A stretch of DNA of 25,315 bases from an uncultured archaeon (GTDB lineage Archaea; Asgardarchaeota; Lokiarchaeia; Sigyniarchaeales; SOKP01), in the NCBI GenBank assembly GCA_964525635.1, contig CAZGJX010000064.1:1-25315 (forward strand), read 5' to 3'. The notes under the pieces were generated by a model that searched no databases, was not told the origin of the DNA, and worked only from the letters and a program-made list of their open reading frames with translations. The position numbers and the translations under genes were made by a program. Positions 1-9,104 of the stretch are shown piece after piece. Within the stretch, counting starts at the first letter, position 1. The number at the start of each line of letters is the position of its first letter.

Positions 1-1
1 A

Positions 2-238
2 AATCCTGAAGGTAATACCGAAATTCAAGAGATGACTCCAGGGATTTCAGTATATGTTCCACCGAAATATGCCCATAGAACTATAAATATCTCTGATAAA
101 GAACCACTAATAAGCTTTTTTGCTTTCAGGGCAGATGCGGGTCACGATTACAAAACTATTGAAACTAAAGGATTTCGAAAGATTATAATTGAAAATAATG
201 GAAGTCCGATAATTATGGATAATCCAAAATGGAAATAG
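2..238 (+). CDS. pgiA: Cupin-type (archaeal) glucose-6-phosphate isomerase, C-terminal part (gene begins before the window)
   Basis: The frame is open from base 2 (NPEGNTEIQEMTPG...). YVPPKYAHRTIN, ADAGHDY and terminal DNPKWK match the C-terminal motifs of Pyrococcus-type cupin PGI. Confidence 0.9.
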   Translation, partial: NPEGNTEIQEMTPGISVYVPPKYAHRTINISDKEPLISFFAFRADAGHDYKTIETKGFRKIIIENNGSPIIMDNPKWK

Positions 239-241
239 CAT

Positions 242-2188
242 CTAATCATAATATTTGTAAAGCAAATTATCTATTTTTTCTTTATTCAATTTAAATAATT
301 TAAAGAATAAATCATCGATAATCTCTTGAATTAAATCTTTTTTTTCAAGATCCAATGCAATTCCAACATTATCTAATATTTTATTTATCTTTAAATAAGA
401 AAAGCAATTAAGTCGATAAAATTCCTCATCAAATATTAGATGTTTATATGTTTCATTTTTTGTTGTTATTTTAATCATATAGGAAGATAAAATTCTTATG
501 ATTGAAAGTAGAATCATATCATTCTCAGTTCGAAAATAATTCATATATGGAATTATGAGTTGATTTTCTAATTTTGTTTTGCTTCGCTTTATCTTAATAT
601 TCTTTGCTTTAAATAGAAAATAGACAATTTTAGAATTTAAATACGCTATAAAAAATAAATAATCTAATTCTTTTTCAGTCAATTTGGGCCATAAAAAATA
701 TGTATCTGATGTAGCATAGTATTGTGAAATTGAATAACCAAAAAAATTCTTATTTGAAATATATTTAAAGAAGATTTTTTTTCCAGAATCATAACAATTC
801 TCCAAGTTAATGAGTTTCTTATAATTTTTCTTTAATTTATGTATGAAAGCCCCTCTACGTGGAAAAAATATATCTTTTGGATCTTCTTTTGCATTTCTTA
901 ATGTCTCCTTTAATTCTTTTTTGTGTTCTTTAATATATGCGGAGATATTTGGGTATTTCTGTTCTATGATTTTATTTCTTGTTAATTTATCTTTATTTTG
1001 TATTTCTTTTTTATTAAAAAAGATCCCATATCCAATGTAATCATTATTTAGATACCCATATCTCTTAATAGATTTACTTTTAAATATTTTTTTTAATCTT
1101 TTTTTTTCTATTTCTGTTAATTTCTTAAAACTACCATTAACATTAATATAAAAATCTTTATTCTCTATTTTTAGATTCTTATCCTTTTGCAGAATAAAGA
1201 TATCATCTTTGATAAATATAATTCCATTACGAATGATAAAATAATCCTTTAATAAGTTTAATTTTCCTCTATATTTGCAATAATTCTCTAACTCATCAAC
1301 TATTTCTCTTACTTCTTTTGGATATAGAAGGTTCCAATTCGTATCTATCTTTAATTCATTATTAGTTAAAGCTGATTTATAATTTCTTATTATATTAGAA
1401 GGTTTATTATAAATCAGTTTGTTAAATGTTGATTTGATTATTTCTTTATCTACAATCTTATGATTATTGATTTTTTTAATATGTAATACATCAATTTTTT
1501 TTTTAGCTTTTTGACTTTTTTCTTCAATAGTTTTCTTTTTAAGAACAAATATACAATTATGTTGTCCTTTTGCTTTATTAAATAATACCAAATTAGAAAG
1601 ATCGAAATATTGAAGCAGGAAGCATTCATTTAGAATATGAGGTTTTAAGAATTTTATTCCTGTCTTTTTAGATTTATTGATCCAATAGCTAGTTGTAATG
1701 AAGGTTAATATCCCCCCAGGATTAAGTTTTTCAATGCCTAAATGAATGAAATAATAGAATAAATCCATATTACCTACAAAATATTTCTTACAGATTGGAA
1801 ATTTCTTCACATATTCTTGAAAAATTAGAGCATTATAATTCTGACCTAAATATGGAGGATTACCTATAATAATATCAAATTTTTCATCAAGTGGTGAACC
1901 TAAAACATTTTCAAATCTAAAAATAACCCTAGGATATTCTTTCCTAAGATATTCTTCTAAACTATTATCTATTTCATATGCTATAATATTTTCATACTGA
2001 TATTTTTGTAAATTCTTTAAAAAAACCCCCATTCCTACTGATGGTTCTAAAATTGTTAGTTCTTTTTTATATTTATTGATCGTATTTTTTAAAATATTAT
2101 CGATGTTCTTGACCATAAATTTTGCAATATAATTTGGAGTAAATATCTGGCCTATATTTTGATATTTGTCAACTTGATTCAAAAACAT
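242..2188 (-). CDS. N6-adenine DNA methyltransferase, gamma class (M.TaqI/Eco57I-like) with C-terminal target-recognition domain; orphan
   Basis: GQIFTP (motif X), LEPSVGMGVF (motif I), IIGNPPY (motif IV), DLFYYF, LNPGG, and TaqI-C-like YLNSK. No endonuclease domain or gene recognised in the window. Confidence 0.88.
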   Translation of the reverse strand: MFLNQVDKYQNIGQIFTPNYIAKFMVKNIDNILKNTINKYKKELTILEPSVGMGVFLKNLQKYQYENIIAYEIDNSLEEYLRKEYPRVIFRFENVLGSPLDEKFDIIIGNPPYLGQNYNALIFQEYVKKFPICKKYFVGNMDLFYYFIHLGIEKLNPGGILTFITTSYWINKSKKTGIKFLKPHILNECFLLQYFDLSNLVLFNKAKGQHNCIFVLKKKTIEEKSQKAKKKIDVLHIKKINNHKIVDKEIIKSTFNKLIYNKPSNIIRNYKSALTNNELKIDTNWNLLYPKEVREIVDELENYCKYRGKLNLLKDYFIIRNGIIFIKDDIFILQKDKNLKIENKDFYINVNGSFKKLTEIEKKRLKKIFKSKSIKRYGYLNNDYIGYGIFFNKKEIQNKDKLTRNKIIEQKYPNISAYIKEHKKELKETLRNAKEDPKDIFFPRRGAFIHKLKKNYKKLINLENCYDSGKKIFFKYISNKNFFGYSISQYYATSDTYFLWPKLTEKELDYLFFIAYLNSKIVYFLFKAKNIKIKRSKTKLENQLIIPYMNYFRTENDMILLSIIRILSSYMIKITTKNETYKHLIFDEEFYRLNCFSYLKINKILDNVGIALDLEKKDLIQEIIDDLFFKLFKLNKEKIDNLLYKYYD

Positions 2189-2244
2189 CTTTAATTTAAA
2201 GTAATTTTAACTTTCTAAATAATTGATTATTTTTTAGCTAATAA

Positions 2245-5200
2245 TCAAAGTGCCTTAGGAATCAAAATTATAAAGTTACTTCCCTTAGTATGATCTCCTT
2301 TGATTCTATCTTCAACCATTATTTCTCCGTGATAAGTTTGGATTATTTTTTTCACTAATGATAATCCTAAACCCATTCCACCTCTCCTTTTTCCTTCCAA
2401 TTTCTTTTCAAAAATTTTTTTTTTTTGATCATCAGATATACCAAAACCATTATCAATAAATTCTAATTTTAAAATTGAATTATCCTCCTCATATTTAGAA
2501 ATCTTTATTATTATTTCAATTAAATTATTAAAATTATATGTCACAGCATTAAATAGAATATTTTCAAAGACATCCAATAAAAAATCATTTGTCATAATCA
2601 TTATATTTTCGTCAAAAATTTCTATTCTAATTTTGAGGTTTTTAGTACGATAGCTATGTCTAACAAATTCAATTGCCTTCTCTAGATAGTTTTTTAAATT
2701 TATTTTTTCCATTTGATAATTCATACTTTCTTCTATCTTAAACAATTTAATAACATTAGAGACTAAATTTGTTCCTCTGACAATTTGATCTTGAATGATA
2801 CCAAAAAATTCCAAAACTTTTTTCCTTTCTTTTGGTTTATCTATATATAAATAACTTAATTCAATTGAAGATTTGATGTTCTGTAATATGTTATTAATAT
2901 CATGAGCAAATAAATCCTCATAAAGATTTCCCCTTTTATATGCCTCTCGATATTTTAGTTCTGATTTAATTAGATTTTCTTGATTTTTCTTTCGAGAGGT
3001 AATATCTCTTCCTATTAAGATCCCTTTTTTAACACCATTTGAATTAATATATGTTTTTCCTTTTATTTCTAACCAACTATACCTTCCATCTTTATGTTTT
3101 ACTCGTAATTCTGCAACTGCGCTACCGTTTTTCCACCCCTCTTTAAATAATTTAATTGCTGTTTCTATATCATCAGGATGAAGAATATTTAATGCTGTTT
3201 TTCCAACTATATCATTATATTCAAAACCTAATAAATCATGATATATTTTTCTATTAACATACTCAAGAATAATTTTTTCATTGATAATTGCTATTAAATC
3301 ATTTACATTTTCTGTAATAAGACGATAATTCTCCTCAGACTCTTTTAGTTTAAGCTCAGTATTTTTCTTTTCAGTGATATCTAAAACAGCAATATAAATA
3401 TAGAGTTCATTTTGAAGTTTAATAGGATTTACTGTTGAAAGTAAGCATATGTTAGAACCGTCCTTTTTCTTTACTAAGATTTCATAAGGTTCAATTTTCT
3501 TTCCAGAGATTATAAGTTCTAAATCTTCTTTTATATTTTGAAGATCTTTTTGATTAAAAACCCCTATTTCTAAAATATTTCTTCCAATTAGTCCCTCTTT
3601 TTTAAAATTAGAAAATTTTTCAACATTAGAGTTAAATTCTACAATAGTCCCATTTTTATTAATTAATGCAACTGCGGATGGTGAATTTTCAAATAAAAAT
3701 CGATATTTTTCCTCTGATTCTTTTATTTTAAGTTCTGCTATCTTTTTCTCTGTAATATCATATATTACTCCCTGCACTTTATATGGTTTGTTATTTTTAT
3801 CACTAATATTTTGAAGCATTTCATAAATCCATTTAATCTTATTGTCCTTTGTTCTAATACGATATTCTCTATCAAATTTCGAATTTGGAGTTTCATGAAG
3901 ATTAATAATAGAATTCATAATCTTTTTTTTATCTTCTGGGAGTATGATATCATCCCATCGAGGTTTAGAATTAATAAAATCTTCTTCTTTATATCCTGTA
4001 ATTTTTTCAATTTCTCCATGAATGAAGATAGGTTTAAAACCTATATTTCCTTGAAATGCAATCCCCTGAAAATTTTCTATGAAACCTCTATATTTTTCCT
4101 CAGATTCTATTAATTGTTGTTGTGTTTTCTTTTTTTCAGTAATATCTAAAGCTACAATATATAGGTAGATTTCATCTCTAAGATTTATAGGATTTACGTA
4201 AGACAGTAACCATATTTTAGAACCATCTTTTCTCTTTACTAAAAGTTCATTAGGTTCAAGTTTTTCTCCTAAAGAGAAACGCTTTATTCGTTCTTTTACT
4301 TTCAAGAGTTCTTCTTGATTATATATTCCTAGATTTAAAATGTTTTTTCCTATTAATTCCTCTTTCTTAAAATTAGACATTTTTTCAACATTAGAGTTAA
4401 CTTCTAGAATAATCCCATTTTTATTAATTAATGCAACTGCAACTGGTGAATTTTCAAATAAAAATCGAAATTTTTCCTCTGAATCTTTTAATAAATTCTC
4501 ATTTTTTATACGTTCAGTTATATCTCTGCCAATCATTAAATACTTTTTTTTCTTATTATTATCTGTAAATATATTTACTTTAATCTCAGTACATATATAT
4601 TGTCCTTCTTTATTTCTAATTCTTAATTTTAATGATCCCTTACCTTTATTAATGAGTTCATCCATATGGGTTAATATAACCTTTTGATCATCTGGATGGA
4701 TTAGTTCCATACCATTTAAACCAATAAGATCCTCTTTTTTATAGCCTAATTTTTCATTATGCACATATTCATTTATATATTCTATTTCAAATTCGCTATT
4801 AAAGACCGCAATCATATCATTTGCATTCTCAGATATTAATCTATAATTTTCTTCAGATTCCCTTAATCTCAATTCCATTTGTTTACGTTCGGTTATATCT
4901 TGTGCTATTATTTGATATATGATTCTCTCTTTAATTTTTAATTTAGAACTTTGCCAATGTACCCAGTATTCGCTTCCATCTTTCCTTATTAATTTAAATT
5001 CAATCGGATTTAATTCTTTTCCCAATTTTCTTTCATCAAATCTTTTTTTAAATAAGACAGCAAGCTCTTTGAAATTTTTAAATAATTGTAAAATTTCTAG
5101 AAAATTTTTTCCAATACTTTGACTTGAAGAGATCCCAGAAAAAGAATTTATTGCCTTAGTATTTCCATCGATTAAATTTCCATTCTCATCGAATATGAAA

Positions 5201-5685
5201 ATCCCTAGAGGAGAATTATAGAATAAATGTTTATATTTTTTCTCAGATTCTTTTAATTTTTGTTCTGCTTCCTTTTTCTCTGTTATTTCATGCCCAAAAA
5301 CTTGTATTAAATACTGATTTCTTAATTTAATTAAAACTATTTGTGAATGAACCCAAATTAATTTTCGATCTTTTCTATAAATTTGTAATTCATCAGGTCC
5401 ATATAAAATACCTTCAAAAAGTTTTTCATATTTTTTCTCAAATTTTTTATATGTTTCAATAGGAAGAATTGAGGAGTCTTTAAAATCCTTACCGACCACA
5501 TCACTTTTTATATATCCCAAAATTTTTTCTGTTGCAGGATTACAGTCAAGAATCTTCCCCTCTTGGTTGATTAAAAAGATATAATAGGGGCTAGAATTAA
5601 ATAAATTTCTAAATTTTATTTCTTCTTTACCTAAATTATTTTCACTATACCCTGAATCAATAGAATTATTGGGATTATTAGACAA
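2245..5685 (-). CDS. Cytoplasmic sensor histidine kinase with seven PAS/PAC domains
   Basis: Seven (E/D)SEEKYR...DITE(R/K)K-type units; H-box FAHDINNILQ; N-box VFENILFNAV; G1 DNGFGI; G2 GMGLGLSLVKKII. No TM helix and no receiver domain. TTG start. Confidence 0.93.
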   Translation of the reverse strand: MSNNPNNSIDSGYSENNLGKEEIKFRNLFNSSPYYIFLINQEGKILDCNPATEKILGYIKSDVVGKDFKDSSILPIETYKKFEKKYEKLFEGILYGPDELQIYRKDRKLIWVHSQIVLIKLRNQYLIQVFGHEITEKKEAEQKLKESEKKYKHLFYNSPLGIFIFDENGNLIDGNTKAINSFSGISSSQSIGKNFLEILQLFKNFKELAVLFKKRFDERKLGKELNPIEFKLIRKDGSEYWVHWQSSKLKIKERIIYQIIAQDITERKQMELRLRESEENYRLISENANDMIAVFNSEFEIEYINEYVHNEKLGYKKEDLIGLNGMELIHPDDQKVILTHMDELINKGKGSLKLRIRNKEGQYICTEIKVNIFTDNNKKKKYLMIGRDITERIKNENLLKDSEEKFRFLFENSPVAVALINKNGIILEVNSNVEKMSNFKKEELIGKNILNLGIYNQEELLKVKERIKRFSLGEKLEPNELLVKRKDGSKIWLLSYVNPINLRDEIYLYIVALDITEKKKTQQQLIESEEKYRGFIENFQGIAFQGNIGFKPIFIHGEIEKITGYKEEDFINSKPRWDDIILPEDKKKIMNSIINLHETPNSKFDREYRIRTKDNKIKWIYEMLQNISDKNNKPYKVQGVIYDITEKKIAELKIKESEEKYRFLFENSPSAVALINKNGTIVEFNSNVEKFSNFKKEGLIGRNILEIGVFNQKDLQNIKEDLELIISGKKIEPYEILVKKKDGSNICLLSTVNPIKLQNELYIYIAVLDITEKKNTELKLKESEENYRLITENVNDLIAIINEKIILEYVNRKIYHDLLGFEYNDIVGKTALNILHPDDIETAIKLFKEGWKNGSAVAELRVKHKDGRYSWLEIKGKTYINSNGVKKGILIGRDITSRKKNQENLIKSELKYREAYKRGNLYEDLFAHDINNILQNIKSSIELSYLYIDKPKERKKVLEFFGIIQDQIVRGTNLVSNVIKLFKIEESMNYQMEKINLKNYLEKAIEFVRHSYRTKNLKIRIEIFDENIMIMTNDFLLDVFENILFNAVTYNFNNLIEIIIKISKYEEDNSILKLEFIDNGFGISDDQKKKIFEKKLEGKRRGGMGLGLSLVKKIIQTYHGEIMVEDRIKGDHTKGSNFIILIPKAL
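3362..4487 (-). repeat. Intragenic duplication: PAS4 (about 4127-4487) and PAS6 (about 3362-3722)
   Basis: Shared DNA blocks such as CCCATTTTTATTAATTAATGCAACTGC and TGGTGAATTTTCAAATAAAAATCGA lie 765 bp apart. Both units read RFLFENSPxAVALINKNG...NSNVEKxSNFKKE. Confidence 0.85.
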
Positions 5686-5889
5686 AATTAATCATTTCTA
5701 TTTTATATAATAATTATAATGCACTAATTTTATTTAAAAAATTAGCTGAAAAAAATATATTTGTCTTATATATATTAATAAAATAACCTTGGGATAATAT
5801 AAAATTTAAGTATAAACTAAAACAAAAAGAATAATAAAAATAATGGCTTTTTCTTTATGTTCAAAAAATAGATAAATTATTTATAATGA

Positions 5890-6327
5890 TTAAAGGAATA
5901 ATACTACAAAATTACTACCTTTTGTATATTCTCCACTTACTCTATCTTTAACCCATATTTTTCCCTTAACTATATTAATTATTTTTTTTACTAATGATAA
6001 TCCTATTCCCATTCTCATTGTTCCTTTATTTTTTCTTTCGAAAATATTAATTTTTTGAGAATCCTCAATTCCTATTCCATTATCAATGAATTCTATCTTT
6101 ATATACCTTTTATCATTAATTCTTTCTTTAGTTAGATCTATACTGATTTCTATATTTTGGTTAACATTATAGCTTACTGAATTAAATAAAAGATTTTTAA
6201 ATACATATAGTAAAAGGCTATTTGCTTAAACTTTTAATTTCTTATAATTTTGCCTAAAATTTTGATGAATCTTGAATTTTTTATCTTTTTTATAAATTTT
6301 TTTTTTCACAGATTTTATATCTAAATA
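5890..6327 (-). pseudogene. Histidine-kinase ATPase (HATPase_c) relic
   Basis: Hand translation of 6225-5890 gives ANSLLLYVFKNLLFNSVSYN...IEFIDNGIGIEDSQKINIFER...RMGIGLSLVKKIINIVKGKIWVKDRVSGEYTKGSNFVVLFL*. There is an in-frame TAA at 6226-6228 (KLKV*ANSLL), and no H-box or sensor domain. Confidence 0.88.
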
Positions 6328-6360
6328 TTAGCAAAAAATACCAAATAATAATTATTTCAT

Positions 6361-7296
6361 TTAATTGGTACTTTTAATAATTTTTGCTAAATAGGGGAAA
6401 AACCTCGTGTAAGACACGGCCATACAATGAATTCCTGCTATGAGTTTATTTTTTCTCAACTCTGTAATAAAAGGTTTAAAAAATTCATAATTTGCATTAT
6501 CATAAGCTTCTTTCTGATCTTTTTTATCTGAAATATCTACCTTTATTTTTTTCCATTTATCTAAAATATCTTTTGGTACATTTACACCAGGAACAAATTC
6601 ATCAAATCCTTTAGCGATTGAATAACTTTTCATAGGAAATATTCCAAGTAGGACAGTTATATTATAATTTTTCATTTCTTTAAGAAATTCAATCGTTCTT
6701 TCAAGATCATAGACTACTTGTGTTTGCAAAAATTCTACACCTGCCTCTATCTTTCTTCCAATCTTTAAGATCTCGGCCTCCATTGGATCAGCATTTGGAT
6801 TGGCAGCAGCACCAACATGCAAAGTTGGAGGACTTTCAATATTATGTCCATTAATTGATCCTTTATCAACCATCTCTCGAACTAAAGAAATCAGTGTTGT
6901 AGAATCTAGATCGAAAACAGGTTTTGTTTCAGGAATATCTCCCAGCTTTGGGTGATCTCCCGTTAGGGCCAGAATATTTCTTAATCCTAAAGCATGAGCC
7001 CCCATTATCATTCCAATCATACCAAGTTTATTGACATCTCTTGTTGTTAATTGCCAAATAACCTCTAAATCCGTTTCTTTTTGGATGAGATGAGAAGCAG
7101 CCATTGAATTAATTGTTACAATCCCCAACGGACTATCGGTAACATTCGCAGCTATAACATAAGAAGCCATTTCTTTTGCTTCTTCAATAGTTTTACTTAA
7201 ATCACATGTTTTCTCTGGTTCAAGTTCTCCTGTTAATATAAATGTTCCATCGGAGAGTGCTTTACCTAATTTTGAATAATAATTTTTGTTAGTAAT
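6361..7296 (-). CDS. metF: 5,10-methylenetetrahydrofolate reductase (MetF, acetogen/MetV-associated type); start extended 42 codons beyond the ORF-track ATG
   Basis: ANVTDSP, QLTTRDVN, NILALTGDHP, KIEAGVEFLQTQ, GIHCMAV. The upstream frame is open and encodes the conserved N-terminus YSKLGKALSDGTFILTGELEPEK. Candidate ATT start at 7296 with AAAGGTG 7 nt upstream. Confidence 0.9.
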   Translation of the reverse strand: MTNKNYYSKLGKALSDGTFILTGELEPEKTCDLSKTIEEAKEMASYVIAANVTDSPLGIVTINSMAASHLIQKETDLEVIWQLTTRDVNKLGMIGMIMGAHALGLRNILALTGDHPKLGDIPETKPVFDLDSTTLISLVREMVDKGSINGHNIESPPTLHVGAAANPNADPMEAEILKIGRKIEAGVEFLQTQVVYDLERTIEFLKEMKNYNITVLLGIFPMKSYSIAKGFDEFVPGVNVPKDILDKWKKIKVDISDKKDQKEAYDNANYEFFKPFITELRKNKLIAGIHCMAVSYTRFFPYLAKIIKSTN

Positions 7297-7631
7297 ATTA
7301 AAACACCTTTTTTAAATAAAAAAGATCAGAATAAATCTTTAATATGTTATAAGAATTGATGAATTTATATTTTTTAATATTGTTTTTTAAAATTATATCA
7401 AACATTAAAATTTATTCATTGAATATAAAATAGATTCTAACAATATTATTCATTAAATTGATAAAAAAATTTTAATGTTCTTAGATTTTCTCTTGAATAA
7501 AATATTCTCTTAAATAATAAAAATATATTTATAATCTTTTGATATAATTGAATATATCGATAGATAAAATCTAAATTCTGTTTAAATAAGGTTTAAATCT
7601 CACTTGAATTTTCGAATTTATTATATACGCT

Positions 7632-8303
7632 TTATCGCCAAATAACTTCTCTCTGGTGTCCGGATTCACTCCAATCCAATGGTTCCCTTAATTTTTTAAA
7701 CAGATCAAGTCTACCTATTTCTTTTAATCTATTAAAAATTAAAATCCAACCACAATCATTTTGATAATCTCCAACTTCACATTTACCATCCACCATCCCT
7801 CCACATGGACCATTCATAAGACTTTTTGCACAAGTTGTAATTGGACAAATTCCTCCAGTTTCGTTTAAAAGACATTCACCACACCCACGACATCGCATAT
7901 AAAAACGCCCAATACGTTCGGTCATTCCTATGAACTCTGTGTTATTAGTAACTATAACTGGTTTATTAGGGTGGTTTTTTTGCAAAACATTAATAATTGA
8001 CTGAACTCCAACACCACAACTTAAAGTGATAATTAAATCTGATTTACTAATATCATTATCAATCCTACGAAGATCTTTTTTCATTACTCTATTATCACAT
8101 ACGTCTTCCGAAACTATTCCCGTTATAACCTGAATTCCTTTCTCTTCAAGCTTTTTTGTCCATTCTTCTAAACCTTGTGTACCTCCTGTTTGACAAAGTG
8201 CTGCACATGTACCACATGATACGATAATGACTTTTTTTGTATTATATCTTTCAAGAGTATCAAAAATTTCCTCGTCTGGTTTTTTTGTTGTAATTACAAC
8301 CAT
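7632..8303 (-). CDS. metV: MetV-like Fe-S/Zn subunit of methylene-THF reductase (MTHFR_C domain)
   Basis: CGTCAALCQTGG, SCGVGVQ, CRGCGECLLNETGGICPITTCAKSLMNGPCGG and CGW motifs; lies directly upstream of metF on the same strand. Confidence 0.9.
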   Translation of the reverse strand: MVVITTKKPDEEIFDTLERYNTKKVIIVSCGTCAALCQTGGTQGLEEWTKKLEEKGIQVITGIVSEDVCDNRVMKKDLRRIDNDISKSDLIITLSCGVGVQSIINVLQKNHPNKPVIVTNNTEFIGMTERIGRFYMRCRGCGECLLNETGGICPITTCAKSLMNGPCGGMVDGKCEVGDYQNDCGWILIFNRLKEIGRLDLFKKLREPLDWSESGHQREVIWR

Positions 8304-8453
8304 TTTTAGTATCTCATTTATATTTAGATAAATAATATATGTTAATTATTTGAGAAATTATATCATAAAAAAGAAATTAATAAATACATTAAAGGTTAAT
8401 TATTACCTTTTATATGTTCTATATCAAATTCTTATTAAACAAGATTCAATATT

Positions 8454-8897
8454 ATGGATAATAACCGATATGAAAATGAAAAAAGATATGAATGTAAAAT
8501 ATGTAGTAAAATAGCTAACAAACCCATCACACTCAAATGTGCTTATTGTAAAAAGAAATTATGTAAGAAATGTCATTATAGAGGATATTGTAAAATTCAC
8601 TATGATAAGATTTCTCATGATTATAAGAAAAAGCTTAAGATGATTGTGAGAAAAAGGACATTTTCAAATGGAGTAAAAATATTTGGAATAATTCTATTTT
8701 TTGTTAGTGCTATATATTTATTTGGAATATCATTTGATTTTGCATATATATTAAATGAGATTGTTCTCAGATCAAAAATAGGATTTTCTATGAGAGAATT
8801 TTTTTTTGCTCTTAGTGTATTAGGATTATCCATATTAATTTTATATCTAGGATTTAAATTAACTATATATGACGCAGTTAATAATCACTCATTCTAA
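8454..8897 (+). CDS. Basic double-zinc-finger protein with two C-terminal transmembrane helices
   Basis: C-x2-C-x11-C-x2-C-x4-C-x2-C-x5-C-x2-H pattern, then hydrophobic segments IFGIILFFVSAIYLFGI and FFFALSVLGLSILILYLGF. Confidence 0.65.
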   Translation: MDNNRYENEKRYECKICSKIANKPITLKCAYCKKKLCKKCHYRGYCKIHYDKISHDYKKKLKMIVRKRTFSNGVKIFGIILFFVSAIYLFGISFDFAYILNEIVLRSKIGFSMREFFFALSVLGLSILILYLGFKLTIYDAVNNHSF

Positions 8898-9104
8898 TCA
8901 TTTTTATCTCATTAATACAACCAATTAAATAAGTGAGAAATTGTTGTTATGATTAAATATTTAATGCGTTATAAATAGTTCTTATGAATATAAACAAAAA
9001 ATATTTAATAAAGAGATAAACCAGCAAATACGAAAGAATGCAAAATGAATTTAAAACATCTAATATTTAAATGAAAAAAAAAAGAAATAAAAAAAACTAT
9101 TTAT

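Noticed and set aside
843-5122. Plus-strand ORFs 843-1040, 3811-4113, 4340-4687, 4919-5122
   Set aside because: Antisense shadows of the methyltransferase and kinase genes; no motifs.
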